A stretch of 64,000 bases of DNA, taken from the NCBI GenBank assembly GCA_964016885.1, contig OZ024742.1, positions 27,590,001 to 27,654,000 of the forward strand, written 5' to 3'. Shown piece after piece: positions 40,301-53,197 of the stretch. Under the pieces are notes generated by a model. That model had not been told where the DNA came from, did not search any database, and saw only the letters and a list, made by a program, of their open reading frames with translations. The position numbers and the translations under genes were made by a program. The stretch is from Eledone cirrhosa (lineage: Eukaryota). Position 1 is the stretch's first letter. Each line of letters opens with the position of its first letter.

Positions 40301-43122
40301 ATCCAATCCATACTGTAAAGTGGTCCTGTTGGTGAGATGACAAAAAGCACCCAATCCATACTGTAAAGTGGTCCTGTTGGGGACATGACAAAAAGCACCC
40401 AATCCATACTGTAAAGTGGTCCTGTTGGTGACATGACAAAAAGTGCCCAGTCCATACTGTACAGTGGTCCTGTTGGTGACATGACAAAAAGTGCCCAATC
40501 CATACTGTAAAGTGGTCCTGTTAGTGGCATGACAAAAAGCACCCAATCCATACTGTAAAGTGGTCCTGTTGGTGACATTACAAAAAGCACGCAATCCATA
40601 CTGTAAAGTGGTCCTGTTGGTGACATGACAAAAAGCACCCAATCCATACTGTAAAGTGGTCCTGTTGGTGACATGACAAAAAGCACCCAATCCATACTGT
40701 AAAGTGGTCTTGTTAGTGACATTACAAAAAGTGCCCAATCCATACTGTAAAGTGGTCCTGTTAGTGACATGACAAAAAGCACCCAATCCATACTGTAAAG
40801 TGGTCCTGTTGGTGACATGACAAAAGCCACCCAATCCATACTGTAAAGTGGTCCTGTTGGTGACATGACAAAAAGCACCCAATCCATACTCTAAAGTGGT
40901 CCTGTTGGTGACATTACAAAAAGCACCCAATCCATACTGTAAAGTGGTCCTGTTAGTGACATGCAAAAAGTGCCCAATCCATACTGTAAAGTGGTCCTGT
41001 TGGTGACATGACAAAAAGCACCCAATCCATACTGTAAAGTGGTCCTGTTGGTGACATGACAAAAAGCACCCAATCAATATTGTAAAGTGGTCCTGTTGGT
41101 GACATTTCAAAAAGCACCCAATCCATACTGTAAAGTGGTCCTGTTGGGGACATGACAAAAAGCATCCAATCCATACTGTAAAGTGGTCCTGTTGGTGACA
41201 TGACAAAAAGCACCCAATCCATACTGTAAAGTGGTCCTGTTGGTGACATGACAAAAAGCACCCAATCCATACTGTAAAGTGGTCCTGTTGTGGACATGAC
41301 AAAAAGTTGCCAGTCCATACTGTACAGTGGTCCTGTTGGTGACATGACAAAAAGCACCCAATCCATACTGTAAAGTGGTCCTGTTGGGGACATGACAAAA
41401 AGCACCCAATCCATACTGTAAAGTGGTCCTTTTGGTGACATGACAAAAAGCACCCAATCTATACTGTAAAGTGGTCCTGTTGGTGACATTACAAAAAGCA
41501 CCCAATCCATACTGTAAAGTGGTCCTGTTAGTGACATGACAAAAAGTGCCCAATCCATACTGTAAAGTAGTCCTGTTGGGGACATGACAAAAAGCATCCA
41601 ATCCATACTGTAAAGTGGTCCTGTTGGTGACATGACCAAAAGCACCCAATCCATACTGTAAAGTGGTCCTGTTGGTGACATGACAAAAAGCACCCAATCC
41701 ATATTGTAAAGTGGTCCTGTTGGTGACATGACAAAAAGCACCCAATCCATACTGTAAAGTGGTCCTGTTGGGGACATGACAAAAAGTGCCCAGTCCATAC
41801 TGTACAGTGGTCCTGTTGGTGACATGACAAAAAGTGCCCAATCCATACTGTAAAGTGGTCCTGTTAGTGACATGACAAAAAGTGCCCAGTCCATACTGTA
41901 AAGTGGTCCTGTTAGTGACATGACAAAAAGCACTCAATCCATACTGTAAAGTGGTCCTGTTAGTGACATGACAAAAAGTGCCCAGTCCATACTGTACAGT
42001 GGTCCTGTTGGTAACATGACAAAAAGCACCCAATCCATACTGTAAAGTGGTCCTGTTGGTGACATGACAAAAAGTGCCCAGTTCATACTGTACAGTGGTC
42101 CTGTTGGTGACATGACAAAAAGCACCCAATCCATACTGTAAAGTGGTCCTGTTGGTGACATGACAAAAAGCACCCAATCCATACTGTAAAGTGGTCCTGT
42201 TGGGGACATGACAAAAAGCATCCAATCCATACTGTAAAGTGGTCCTGTTGGTGACATGACAAAAAGTGCCCAGTTCATACTGTACAGTGGTCCTGTTGGT
42301 GACATGACAAAAAGCACCCAATCCATACTGTAAAGTGGTCCTGTTGGTGACATGACAAAAAGCACCCAGTCCATACTGTACAGTGGTCCTGTTGGGGACA
42401 TGACAAAAAGTGCCCAATCCATACTGTAAAGTGGTCCTGTTGGTGACATTACAAAAAGCACCCAATCCATACTGTAAAGTGGTCCTGTTAGTGACATTAC
42501 AAAAAGTGCCCAATCCATACTGTAAAGTGGTCCTGTTAGTGACATGACAAAAAGCACCCAATCCATACTGTAAAGTGGTCCTGTTGGTGACATGACAAAA
42601 AGTGCCCAATCCATACTGTAAAGTGGTCCTGTTAGTGACATGACAAAAAGCACCCAATCCATACTGTAAAGTGGTCCTGTTGGTGACATTACAAAAAGTG
42701 CCCAATCCATACTGTAAAGTGGTCCTGTTGGTGACATGACAAAAAGTGCCCAGTCCATACTGTAAAGTGGTCCTGTTAGTGACATGACAAAAAGCACCCA
42801 ATCCATACTGTACAGTGGTCCTGTTGGTGACATTACAAAAAGTGCCCAATCCATACTGTAAAGTGGTCCTGTTAGTGACATGACAAAAAGCACCCAATCC
42901 ATACTGTAAAGTGGTCCTGTTGGTGACATGACAAAAAGCACCCAATCCATACTGTAAAGTGGTGCTGTTGGTGACATGACAAAAAGCACCCAATCCATAC
43001 TGTACAGTGGTCCTGTTGGTGACATTACAAAAAGCATCCAATCCATACTGTAAAGTGGTCCTGTTGGTGACATTACAAAAAGTGCCCAATCCATACTGTA
43101 AAGTGGTCCTGTTGGTGACATG
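37335..43122 (+). repeat. 48-bp satellite, ~120 copies (catgacaaaaagcacccaatccatactgtaaagtggtcctgttggtga)
   Basis: Direct reading; 16-aa periodicity in the ORF track; recurrent variant units. Confidence 0.97.
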
Positions 43123-43277
43123 CGGTTGGCATTAGTGCAGGCATCCAACTGTAGTAACCAAACTAGAAACAATTCTGTATGAACAAGACATGGTCATCTG
43201 ATCTGACTTGCCACACAAGACAACTGGTCCAACCCATGCTAGCAAGGAAAATGGATGTTAAACGGTGATGATGATGA
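43123..43277 (+). mobile_element. RTE/SINE 3' tail continuing from the satellite
   Basis: ggttggcattag..ggcatccaactgtag..aacccatgctagcaaggaaaatggatgttaaacggtgatgatgatg. Confidence 0.8.
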
Positions 43278-44674
43278 AATGTTTCACATAGTATTAACAA
43301 AACTATATGAAAACTATACAATATTCTAATTATGATAAATGTATGCAGTTGTATAAGCTATAAACATTTCTTGAATGAAAAATATAATCGTATCTTATAC
43401 AGGGAATAGACCAAAAATTTGTAAGGTAGAGACAGTTGATTATATCTACTCTAGTGGTAGACTGGTAGTTTATTTTATCAACCCTGGTAGAATGAAATGG
43501 TAAGTTAGACTTGGGAAGATTTGAACTTAGAATTTAAAAAGCCTCAACAATTACTGCAAGATATTTTGTTCAATACAATAATCAATTCTGCTCATCAATT
43601 TCTTTTGTACTAATAACTATTTCTTACATAGTATAACATGGTTGGTGTTAGGAATGGCATACAACTATAGAAACCAAGCCAATACACAGATCCATATGAG
43701 CAAGCTGTGATCTTCAGACCTGACTTGTCTCATGATGTGACAACTCATCTAACCCATGCAAGTGTGGAAAAAATAAATGTTAAATGATGATGATGATAGA
43801 AATAAGATGAGAAATTTGTGTCTTATAAACAGACAATTATATTGACTCCTAATACTTGAGAAGTCCTTTATTTTATCAACCCTGAAATGATGAAAGGTAA
43901 AATTCAAATGATGAAAGACAAAATTCACCTTTGTAAGATTTGAACTTAGAACAAATATTTGTATATTTTGGACTAAACAGACATGTTTTCTTTCTCTCTT
44001 TCCCTCTCTCTGACCTTTGTATTTTTCAGTCTTTTACCACATTTTCTAAGGAATTGGATGCTTATTTTTATATGTTGTGTTATGTAAACTTATTTACAAG
44101 GCAAAGTGAGAATTCATTTAATTATTGTACACATCATTTCACACACAAAAAAAGAGTTGTTTTGAACATTTTTGGTTCAACCTGTTCCAAACACAACAAT
44201 GGTGTCAAAATAAAAATATAACACCCATACAATTGCAACAAAGACGAAAGAGATGCACAAGTTTTATAAACAAAATGTCACTGACGGTTATCATTTAAAA
44301 AAACTACATAAGAAAAATGGAATTTTCACCGACAAACATCTTAAACTATAATACACTCAAACAGTGTTACACAAAATCCTAATAGAGAAAATAATAACAC
44401 ATTTTTTATTGTTGTTGTTGCTTCCATTGCTGGCAATAAGGACATTTTGGTATGGACTGTTTTCAATCCAAGAAAATGTAGTAGAATTGTATCTCTAGAA
44501 ATTCAGTCTCCTTGCCAAAGGAACTTATAAAAGAGTGAGCATAAAGTACCCTATATACTCAAATATCAGCCAATATGAATATAACCTGAGCCCACTGTTT
44601 TATGTCTGAGAAATTGGCAGAAAATCCAAATCTGATTTATGTAGGATTTGAAGTTGGTGGAATTCATCAAAATA

Positions 44675-44856
44675 ATTGTTTCTATTTTAGGCACAAGGCC
44701 AACAATTACCCAGTAGATTACTGGTACTTTATTTTATCGACCCAGTAAGGATGAAAGGCAAAGTTAACCTCGGCGGGATTTGAACTCAGATCGTAAAGGG
44801 ATGTAACTCTATGCTTCAAAGCATGGTGTCCGACTCTCTACCGATACTGCCAATCT
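44675..44856 (-). mobile_element. Meta-like SINE
   Basis: Reverse complement of 28118-28308. Confidence 0.8.
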
Positions 44857-46615
44857 GACCCCCGAATATAAGCCAACCTCCCCACTATCAACCCTTGAAT
44901 TTTTGGTCACATATTTCTCAGTTTATATTCAATGTTATAGGGTAAGTAAAAGCTAACACACTTCTGTCTGACAAAAGAAAGGTTGTGTGGGCAGGTGTGT
45001 TTCTATGCCTTTGAGAGCTCAAGTAAAAAATGGATAAGCTGAGGTATGGATCAACATATTCATCAACCAAGGCTTATAATATCACCAACTTGACCTTCAA
45101 GATCAAGAGGAAAAAACAGTACTCGGTTGAGATAGTGAGAGAAACATTTTCTCATAGGGTCAGACCATAATATATGGTTCAGCATCACAGAAAGTCTCAC
45201 ATATTTTGTAAACCTCATGTTTTAATGTTTACTCTATGTATGTAATGAGTGCTTGTGGCTAATAAAGGTGAAATTTATAATTGTATCCTCATGATAAATA
45301 TCATTATTGGCGTCATCATTTTAATGTCCACTTTCTCTGCTAGCAATTGTTGAATGGGTCAATACTGAAGAGGAGCTACTGACCTCTCAGACAGGCCTGG
45401 GAGAAGTGAAGGTCTACATCTTCCTTACATATGGTCTTACATTCTACAAATGCATAAGAGACGTTGTCATGTCTTTGGGAAGCTTTTTATGGCTGGATCC
45501 CCTTCCTGTCACCAACCATTTTACAGCATGTACTGTGTGCATTTATTGTATAGATCACCAACACTAGGGTGACTGTCATGTCATTGACACAACTGAAGAG
45601 TCCTCCCAGTCCTTATTTTGGCTAGATGCCCTTCCTAAATAGCAATAATAATTTCTGACTCATAGGTTTGAAAAGGAATTATCAGATTATATTATAAACT
45701 GAATACATTTTCATGTGGACTTAAATATTCATAAAGAGGTAAAGTTATTACTCCTAGTTTCCTGTTTGAAAATTAAAGGATTTTAATTTACCCCAGCAAT
45801 CCCCATTTTTTCCTGGCTGACATTTCAAACATTGTGGCTAAGTTAGGATATGACTCCAACATTTCAACAGTTAAAATAAAAACAAAAATAAAAAATCATG
45901 TAAAAAAATCAATACAGGCATTTTTATTTTTAAAAATACACAGAAAGAAAACCAATTTTCACAAGAGAATATATCTTTTCAAACAAATTTTCACACCATA
46001 ACACTCACAAGCAATGTTAGAAAAAAATGTTAACCAAGATAACAACAGTAACAACTTGTTTGCTTGTGTGGTTAGCAATGAGGAAATTTTAAATATGAGT
46101 CAAGTAGCAACGGAAACATAACATGGCACAAATATGTGACCAAACAAATACATCCTTACTCAAGACATTTATCCAATAAAAGAGTAAAAATACAACAACC
46201 GAATGATCAACAAAATCTCAGATCTCATTCACTTATCAAGTCGGGTTAAACTCACCAAATCAGACCACAGAAACAATGTTTTCTATGATATATCTATTTC
46301 TCATACTATCTATTTGTCGCAAATACTGACAGAAAGAGCAACAAGGACATAATACATCCCTTAGACCAGGAATCAAACTCACAACTGCATGATTGTGACC
46401 CCAACTATCTACCCACTAAACCACACACCTTCACAGTAAAAGAAACAGGAACCTTAATCCTGCTTCACAAACAAGGAAGGGGGTTTTCAACCATCAAAAT
46501 AATATTTAAAGAGAAATTTGGTTGCTATGTGTCAAAATATGCTTAGTTTCTATGAACTAAGTCAAGAGATATCAGTGTTTGTCTAGTTTCCAATTCTATT
46601 TTAAGTGGTAAGATT

Positions 46616-47007
46616 CATCATCATCATCATCATCCTTTTACGTCCGCTTTTCCCTGCTTGCAAGGGTGGGACGGGAACTGATTCTGGCTTGATTTTTACA
46701 GCTGGATGCCCTTCCTAACACCAACCTCATTTACAGTGAGTGCTGGGTGCTTTTTTTCTGTGGTGCCTACACGTCCACTTTACAGTGTGGGCTGGGTGCT
46801 TTTTTTGCCGTGGCACCTCCACGACCACTTTGCAGTGGAATGATAGGGACCCCAGTCCTATCATCTCATTTCTACAGCTGAGTAAACTGGAGCAATGTGA
46901 AATGAAGTGTCTTGCTCAAGGAAACAACACATCACCCGGTCTGAGAATTGAACTCGCAACCTTTCGATTGCAACCCCAATGCTCTAACTACTAAGCTATG
47001 TGCCTCC
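46616..47007 (-). mobile_element. Full-length CORE-like SINE with RTE-derived 3' tail
   Basis: Head ggaggcacatagcttagtagttagagc..gagttcaattctc, core, and a tail closely matching the LINE 3' UTR at 48450-48710. Confidence 0.88.
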
Positions 47008-48444
47008 ATTCCTGTGATTATTAATTTTCTTTAGACATTAAAAAACATTACACATGACAAAAAAAGTACATTACTAGAAATCCCATACGTTATAAAATAA
47101 ATAGGATGGGCTGGGGTCTCAATATGTAAACTAAATGCCTAAATCTAGTTTTTAGAAAAATTCAAAGGTTACAACCAAGAAAAATTACCAATTCTCCATC
47201 CTCCCACCGCTTATTCCAAGCCCCTCCCCCATAATTTGGGATGTTATGAAAATATCAATAAAATATAGATAACAAATGGGTGGAAAACTGATACCTCGCC
47301 TCTCTCACACACACACAAAAGATAAACAAGAAGCCAAGAAGACACAAGAGCCTAAGTAACCAGCATGCAGAAAAACACAGAAAAATGACCAACTCTTCTC
47401 CTAAGAAAAGCCTCAATAAAAAAGCATATCTTCATTTTGTAATCCACAGAATTTACAGAGATGAGAATATCCACCAAATACCTGATGGATTTCCTCAATT
47501 ACATGCAGGAGATGAATAAAATCATGAAGGTGCTGGTTTATCATAATGAGAGATGAGGTTAGAGTATGAAAAATACTCAAACTGTTAGTGAAACTGATAT
47601 GAGCAGTCTATTGGTAGCTGTACCTGAACAAGAGTTTCTAGTACCACATTATGTACATGGGAGTTCAGGGTTGTCAGAATTGTGGGGAATCCTGACCAAA
47701 CCCAATTGGCAGTTTCTCAGACTAGATACTTGGGATGTTGTTGTTGTTACAGCTCACACCTATGCAGGTTTAGCTGGCCTCCTCCAAGGTATATCTCATT
47801 GGAGGTGTCATGGGTGATTTAATGATAGGGAACCCAGTCCTATTATCTCATTTCTACAGCTGAGTAAACTAGAGCAATGTGGAATAAAGTGTCTTGCTCA
47901 AGGAAACAACACATCACCCAGTCCGAGAATTGAACTCACAGCCTTTCAAGCCCAATGCTCTAACTTGGGATAGTAGAGTATTAGAAAGAGTCGGAGTCCA
48001 AAAGCTGAGCTCTTGCTAATACAACAGCAAGTTCCATACTGGAACTAGCTGTTGAAATGGCAAAAGTTCAGCTGTCGGGGCCCAAGTCTTTCTAGTATAT
48101 AAGAGTGTGCTTTTGTTTGCTTGAAGCATTGTGTGCTAAGTATAAAAAGGTATGTAATTCAAAGGCTGTGACAATGCAAAAGGTGTGGTACAATTTAAGA
48201 TAAAAGAAGGCAACAAGCTGTTCTGTTTTACCTGTTCTTTATTCTGTGTTCATTTGTATAAAACCTTTAATATGTTATTGTATATTGTTCGTACCCCAAT
48301 CATTGTTTTTCTATAACTACATATTTATACACACACGCCCCAAAAAATATATAAAATAAGAAAGATTATTTATCTTGTTTGATTTTATGTATTTTACCTG
48401 ATGGCAAAATAGATAATGACTGCCAAAAACAAAATATATATATA

Positions 48445-49864
48445 TATATATCATCATCATCATCGTTTTACGTCCGCTCTTCCACGCTAGCATGGGTTAG
48501 ATGGGTTATCCTGTTGTGGGCAGTGTCTGGTCGGCTGACCATGCCTTGCTCATACAGGAACTGATTTGGCTTGATTTCTACAGCTGGATGCCCTTCCTAA
48601 CACCAACCTCATTTACAGTGAGTGCTGGGTGCTTTTTCGTGGCACCTACACGTCCACTTTACAGTGTGGGCTGGGTGCTTTTTTGCCATGGCACCTCCAC
48701 GACCACCTTGCGGTGGGGGGTGTGGGGGCATATTGTCTATATGCTTCAGCTTGTACCCATGGGAGGTCGGGTACTCTGTATTACTGCATGATGCCAGAAG
48801 TCACGGTCGTGTGTCATTGTCTTTGAGAGGTGTAATTGGGTAAGGTCGGCTTTTATCACCTCATCCCAGGTCATCTTAGGTCTCCCCACTCCGCGGTTTC
48901 CATCAACTTCTAGTGCTCTGCACCTGTCATCCTTCATACGCATCACATGTCCATACCAGTGCAACCGCCTCTCCTGCACACAGCATTTGATTCCTCTTAT
49001 GCTCAGTCTCTCTCTCAATTCATTTATGCTTTGTCGTTCACGTATATTACTGTTACACATCCATCGGAGCATGCAGGCTTCGTTTCTCTCTAATCTCCGT
49101 AAGTTTTCCACCTTGAGCGCCCAGGTCTCACTACCATGCAACATCACTGTTCGGATACACGCATCATACAGTCTGCCTTTCATTCTGAGGGAGAAGCCTT
49201 TTGCAGCTAGCAGTGGCAGTAGTTCCCTAAACTTCTTCCATCCCATTCTTACCCTAGTTATTGTATTTTCTGAACACCCACCTCCGCTGCTAATTCGGTC
49301 AGCTAGGTAGCAGAAGCTGTCTACTGTTTCTACAGGGCCCTCCCAGAGATTGGTGGTACTTGATTCCTGTGGCTGTTTGCTGCTTGCTGTCTCAGCACAG
49401 CTGCTACATGTGAAGCCTACATTCTTAATTAAGCTTCCTGAGATCCCGCTACATCTCTTGTGTACCCATTGTTTGCATTTGGGGTAGAGAATGGAGTTCC
49501 TACCTACACCTTTCCTACATACTGAGCAAGGCCATTTCCATGAGGGGATCTGGGTTCTGTTTTCTCGTCTACTTACAAGGACCTTAGTCTTTGTCATGTT
49601 GACTTTGAGACCCTTTCTTTCTAGTCCCTGCTTCCAAGTTTGGAATTTATTCTCTAGTTCTACCATAGATTCAGCTATAAGTGCGAGGTCATCAGCATAC
49701 AGGAGTTCCCATGGGCATCCGGTCTTAAACTCTTCTGTTATTGCCTGCAGGACTATGATGAACAGGAGAGGGCTAAGAACAGAGCCCTGGTGGACCCCAA
49801 CCTGTACGCTAAATTCCTCGCTATACTCATTGCTAATCCTAACTTTGCTGACTGCTCCCCTATA
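48445..49864 (-). mobile_element. 5'-truncated RTE LINE with open RT C-terminal half
   Basis: Open frame ~49864 to 48746: [58 protein letters not shown]; 3' UTR and (gat)n; flanked by (TA)n. Confidence 0.95.
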
Positions 49865-51300
49865 TATATATATTTATATATATATAAATATAAATTCAGT
49901 GAGAATCGCATTTCGGCGGTTAGCGAAACGAAACGCAAAATCAGAGTTATGCTGGCAAGCACTATATATATATATATATATATATATTATTATTATTATT
50001 ATTATTGTTGTTAACTTTGCCCTGAGGTTAACTTTGCCTTTCATCCCTACGGGGTCGATAAAATAAAGTATCAGTAATGCATTGGATAATTGCTGGCCTT
50101 GTGCCAAAAGTAGGAACAATTATTATTATTTAACTTTGCCTTTCATCCTTAAGGGCGAAGGGAGATAAAATAAAGTACCAGTAATGCACTGGGGTTAATT
50201 TAGTCGACTTTCCCCTTCCTTTCAAATTGATGGCCTTGTGCCAAATGTAGAAACAATTATTATTATTATCATTAGCATCATTATTTTTATTTTTATTATT
50301 GCTCAAAGATATCCTCTCTTTTTTTTAATGACTAAGTCAGGCAGAGAAGGGCTGCGATCCTGAAACCTTTTTCTGACAGTCGGCCAAAAGAAAGCTATCT
50401 TCAAACTGAAGACATAGTCCATATTTTTTACAACAGTGTCAATTCCACTAAAGGTACCCAAGGCCAGGGGGGGGGGGGGGGTTAACCCAGGTGATAGGTT
50501 AAATCTAGCATATGACAGCATGATTTGAACTTAGAACACAAACCACAGTAACAACTACATCTAGGGATCTTGATTGATGCATTAAAATTCAGCCAATTCA
50601 ACAGCCTGGACAGCTATTTTATTTTATCATCTTCGAGAAGATAAAAGATTAAGTTGAACTTATCAGGATTTAAACTCAGTGTAGAGAGAGCCCCGCCAAA
50701 AATACCACAAGGTATTTTGTCCTATGCCCTAAACATTTTGTCCTAACCATTCTGCTGCAGATCTAATCTCAATGTCATGTCATGTAATTACTAATCCAAA
50801 ACCTTTTATCTTTACAACCATTCTACTTCAGAAGCAAATATTTGTAATAAAGAATAGCTTAATTTACCTTTCAAACCATCTCTTTGGTATTTTATACCAC
50901 ATCTCTCTCTCTCTCCAGCTCTCCTAAAAGTAGTACAAGCAGCGTCACATTGTTGAATAACTAACATACTTCTTATTATCTTTCAGAAATCCCCCAGTTA
51001 TCTTTTTTAAAGCCCACGCTGTGTGTAGTAAGGTTTATTAAACTGATATCTGCATACTGCAAGCAAAGATTAACTTATACATTGAATTAAGGATTTGCTT
51101 TTGCAGATCAACACATGAATTTTTATCATTCTAAGTATAGAAAAATACACTTTTGTCTTCTGAATAAATAGGAAGGTTTTGATTTCTTGTTAATGTGCAC
51201 GTGTTTCTGTGTATGAGTGTGTGTATGTGTGTGTATGTGTGTGAGTACATGCTTGCATGTGTTTCAGTGTGTGCTCACATGCCAGCGTGTGTGTGTGTGC

Positions 51301-51406
<106 letters not shown>

Positions 51407-52507
51407 TTGTTTTACTTCTTTTTTCGTGATTCTTCCAACCATTGTCACTTTAGCTTCATTTTCTCAAATGCTAATTAAGATTTTTGTTGTTGTTGTCGTT
51501 TTTTATATTTTTATTATCATTATTTTTCTTCTCACAGGTAACAACAATTATCTATCATTTCTATAGATTCACTTTCACAGTCAACTTTCTCATTACACAG
51601 CTAAATTCTTTTATTAATCTTAGCAAGCATAACTGAATCACCTGAAATGCTATTTCTCAGTATAGAAGCATGGTATATACACTTAACAAAGTTTGCACTG
51701 CCTACGAAAATAGCTGATGAACAGCTGTTGAAGTACTTTCCTTGTACAAGAATCATTAATTTTAATGAATGAAAAAATCCTTTCAATGTCCCTCATATTT
51801 ATCCATTTTAAAACCCTACAATGCTGGGTTTAATGCAAAATTATGAATATGTTTTTAGATCCTCAATCCTCAGAGGCTTTTATGTTTCGTTTGGAATTTA
51901 CAGTTGTTGATTCTTTTAAGTGAAACATTATCATTATTGCTTTTGTTTTTTGTTTTCCATGCTGACATGGATTGGATGAGATCTTTTGAAGCAGTGTTTC
52001 TACAGTTAGATACCCTTCCTTGTACCAGCCTTATTGTATTTACAAGTATAGCATATACTAATAAACTTAGTGATAGTACTGTACTGGGAGATAGTGTTTG
52101 TGGCAAATATAAACAAATGTCACCAGTTGCTTTTGGCATTGTTGATAGAGTATTCATGTTAATCTGACACACACACGCAATCACATACACATTTATACAC
52201 ACACACATACACATTTATACACACACACACATACACACAATCACATACACACTCATACACATATACAAACAGAGACAGACACACTCAATTACATATACAC
52301 ACACGCGCACATACATTCACACACTTTCAACCTGATGCAGCCATTTAAACTGTTCAATATCTATTGTTTCTACATTTTTCTTATTTCTTATTAATTTCAT
52401 ACACTACTTCGATATAAGGTTTCATCAGGACATGTCTTCTCTTCCAATCCAATCTGTGGCTTTATCATTCCTGTAGGATGAACCACTCACTGGTTGACCA
52501 CCACTTT

Positions 52508-53197
52508 TGGTTGTTGGTCATGTCAGAGGTGTAGTCGTACTCACCACGTTTGGCCAACTATGGTTGTTGGTCATGTCAGAGGTGTAGTCGTATTCACCAC
52601 GTTTGGCCAACTATGGTTGTTGGTCATGTCAGAGGTGTAGTCGTACTCACCACGTTTGGCCAACTATGGTTGTTGGTCATGTCAGAGGTGTAGTCGTACT
52701 CACCACATTTGGCCAACTATGGTTGTTGGTCATGTCAGAGGTGTAGTCGTACTCACCACGTTTGGCCAACTATGGTTGTTGGTCATGTCAGAGGTGTAGT
52801 CGTACTCACCACGTTTGGCCAACTATGGTTGTTGGTCATGTCAGAGGTGTAGTCGTACTCACCACATTTGGCCAACTATGGTTGTTGGTCATGTCAGAGG
52901 TGTAGTCGTACTCACCACGTTTGGCCAACTATGGTTGTTGGTCATGTCAGAGGTGTAGTCGTACTCACCACATTTGGCCAACTATGGTTGTTGGTCATGT
53001 CAGAGGTGTAGTCGTACTCACCACGTTTGGCCAACTATGGTTGTTGGTCATGTCAGAGGTGTAGTCGTACTCACCACGTTTGGCCAACTATGGATTTTGG
53101 TCATGTCAGAGGTGTAGTCGTACTCACCACGTTTGGCCAACTATGGTTGTTGGTCATGTCAGAGGTGTAGTCGTACTCACCACGTTTGGCCAACTAT
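52508..53197. repeat. 53-bp minisatellite x13 (tggttgttggtcatgtcagaggtgtagtcgtactcaccacgtttggccaacta)
   Basis: Direct reading; only a few substitutions. Confidence 0.95.

Noticed and set aside
37335-43122. CRISPR array
   Set aside because: No unique spacers, no cas genes, eukaryotic context; the same applies to the 53-bp and 14-bp arrays.
37328-43172. Long 16-aa-repeat ORFs in all three minus frames
   Set aside because: Consequence of a stop-free 48-bp unit; indels and scattered stops are tolerated; the unit derives from a non-coding tail.
49895-49962. CpG-rich 65-bp islet with weak hairpin
   Set aside because: Too short to classify; probably a transposon end fragment.
51712-51740. ctgatga-acagctgtt-gaag hammerhead-like string
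   Set aside because: GAAA box broken and no stem I/III.
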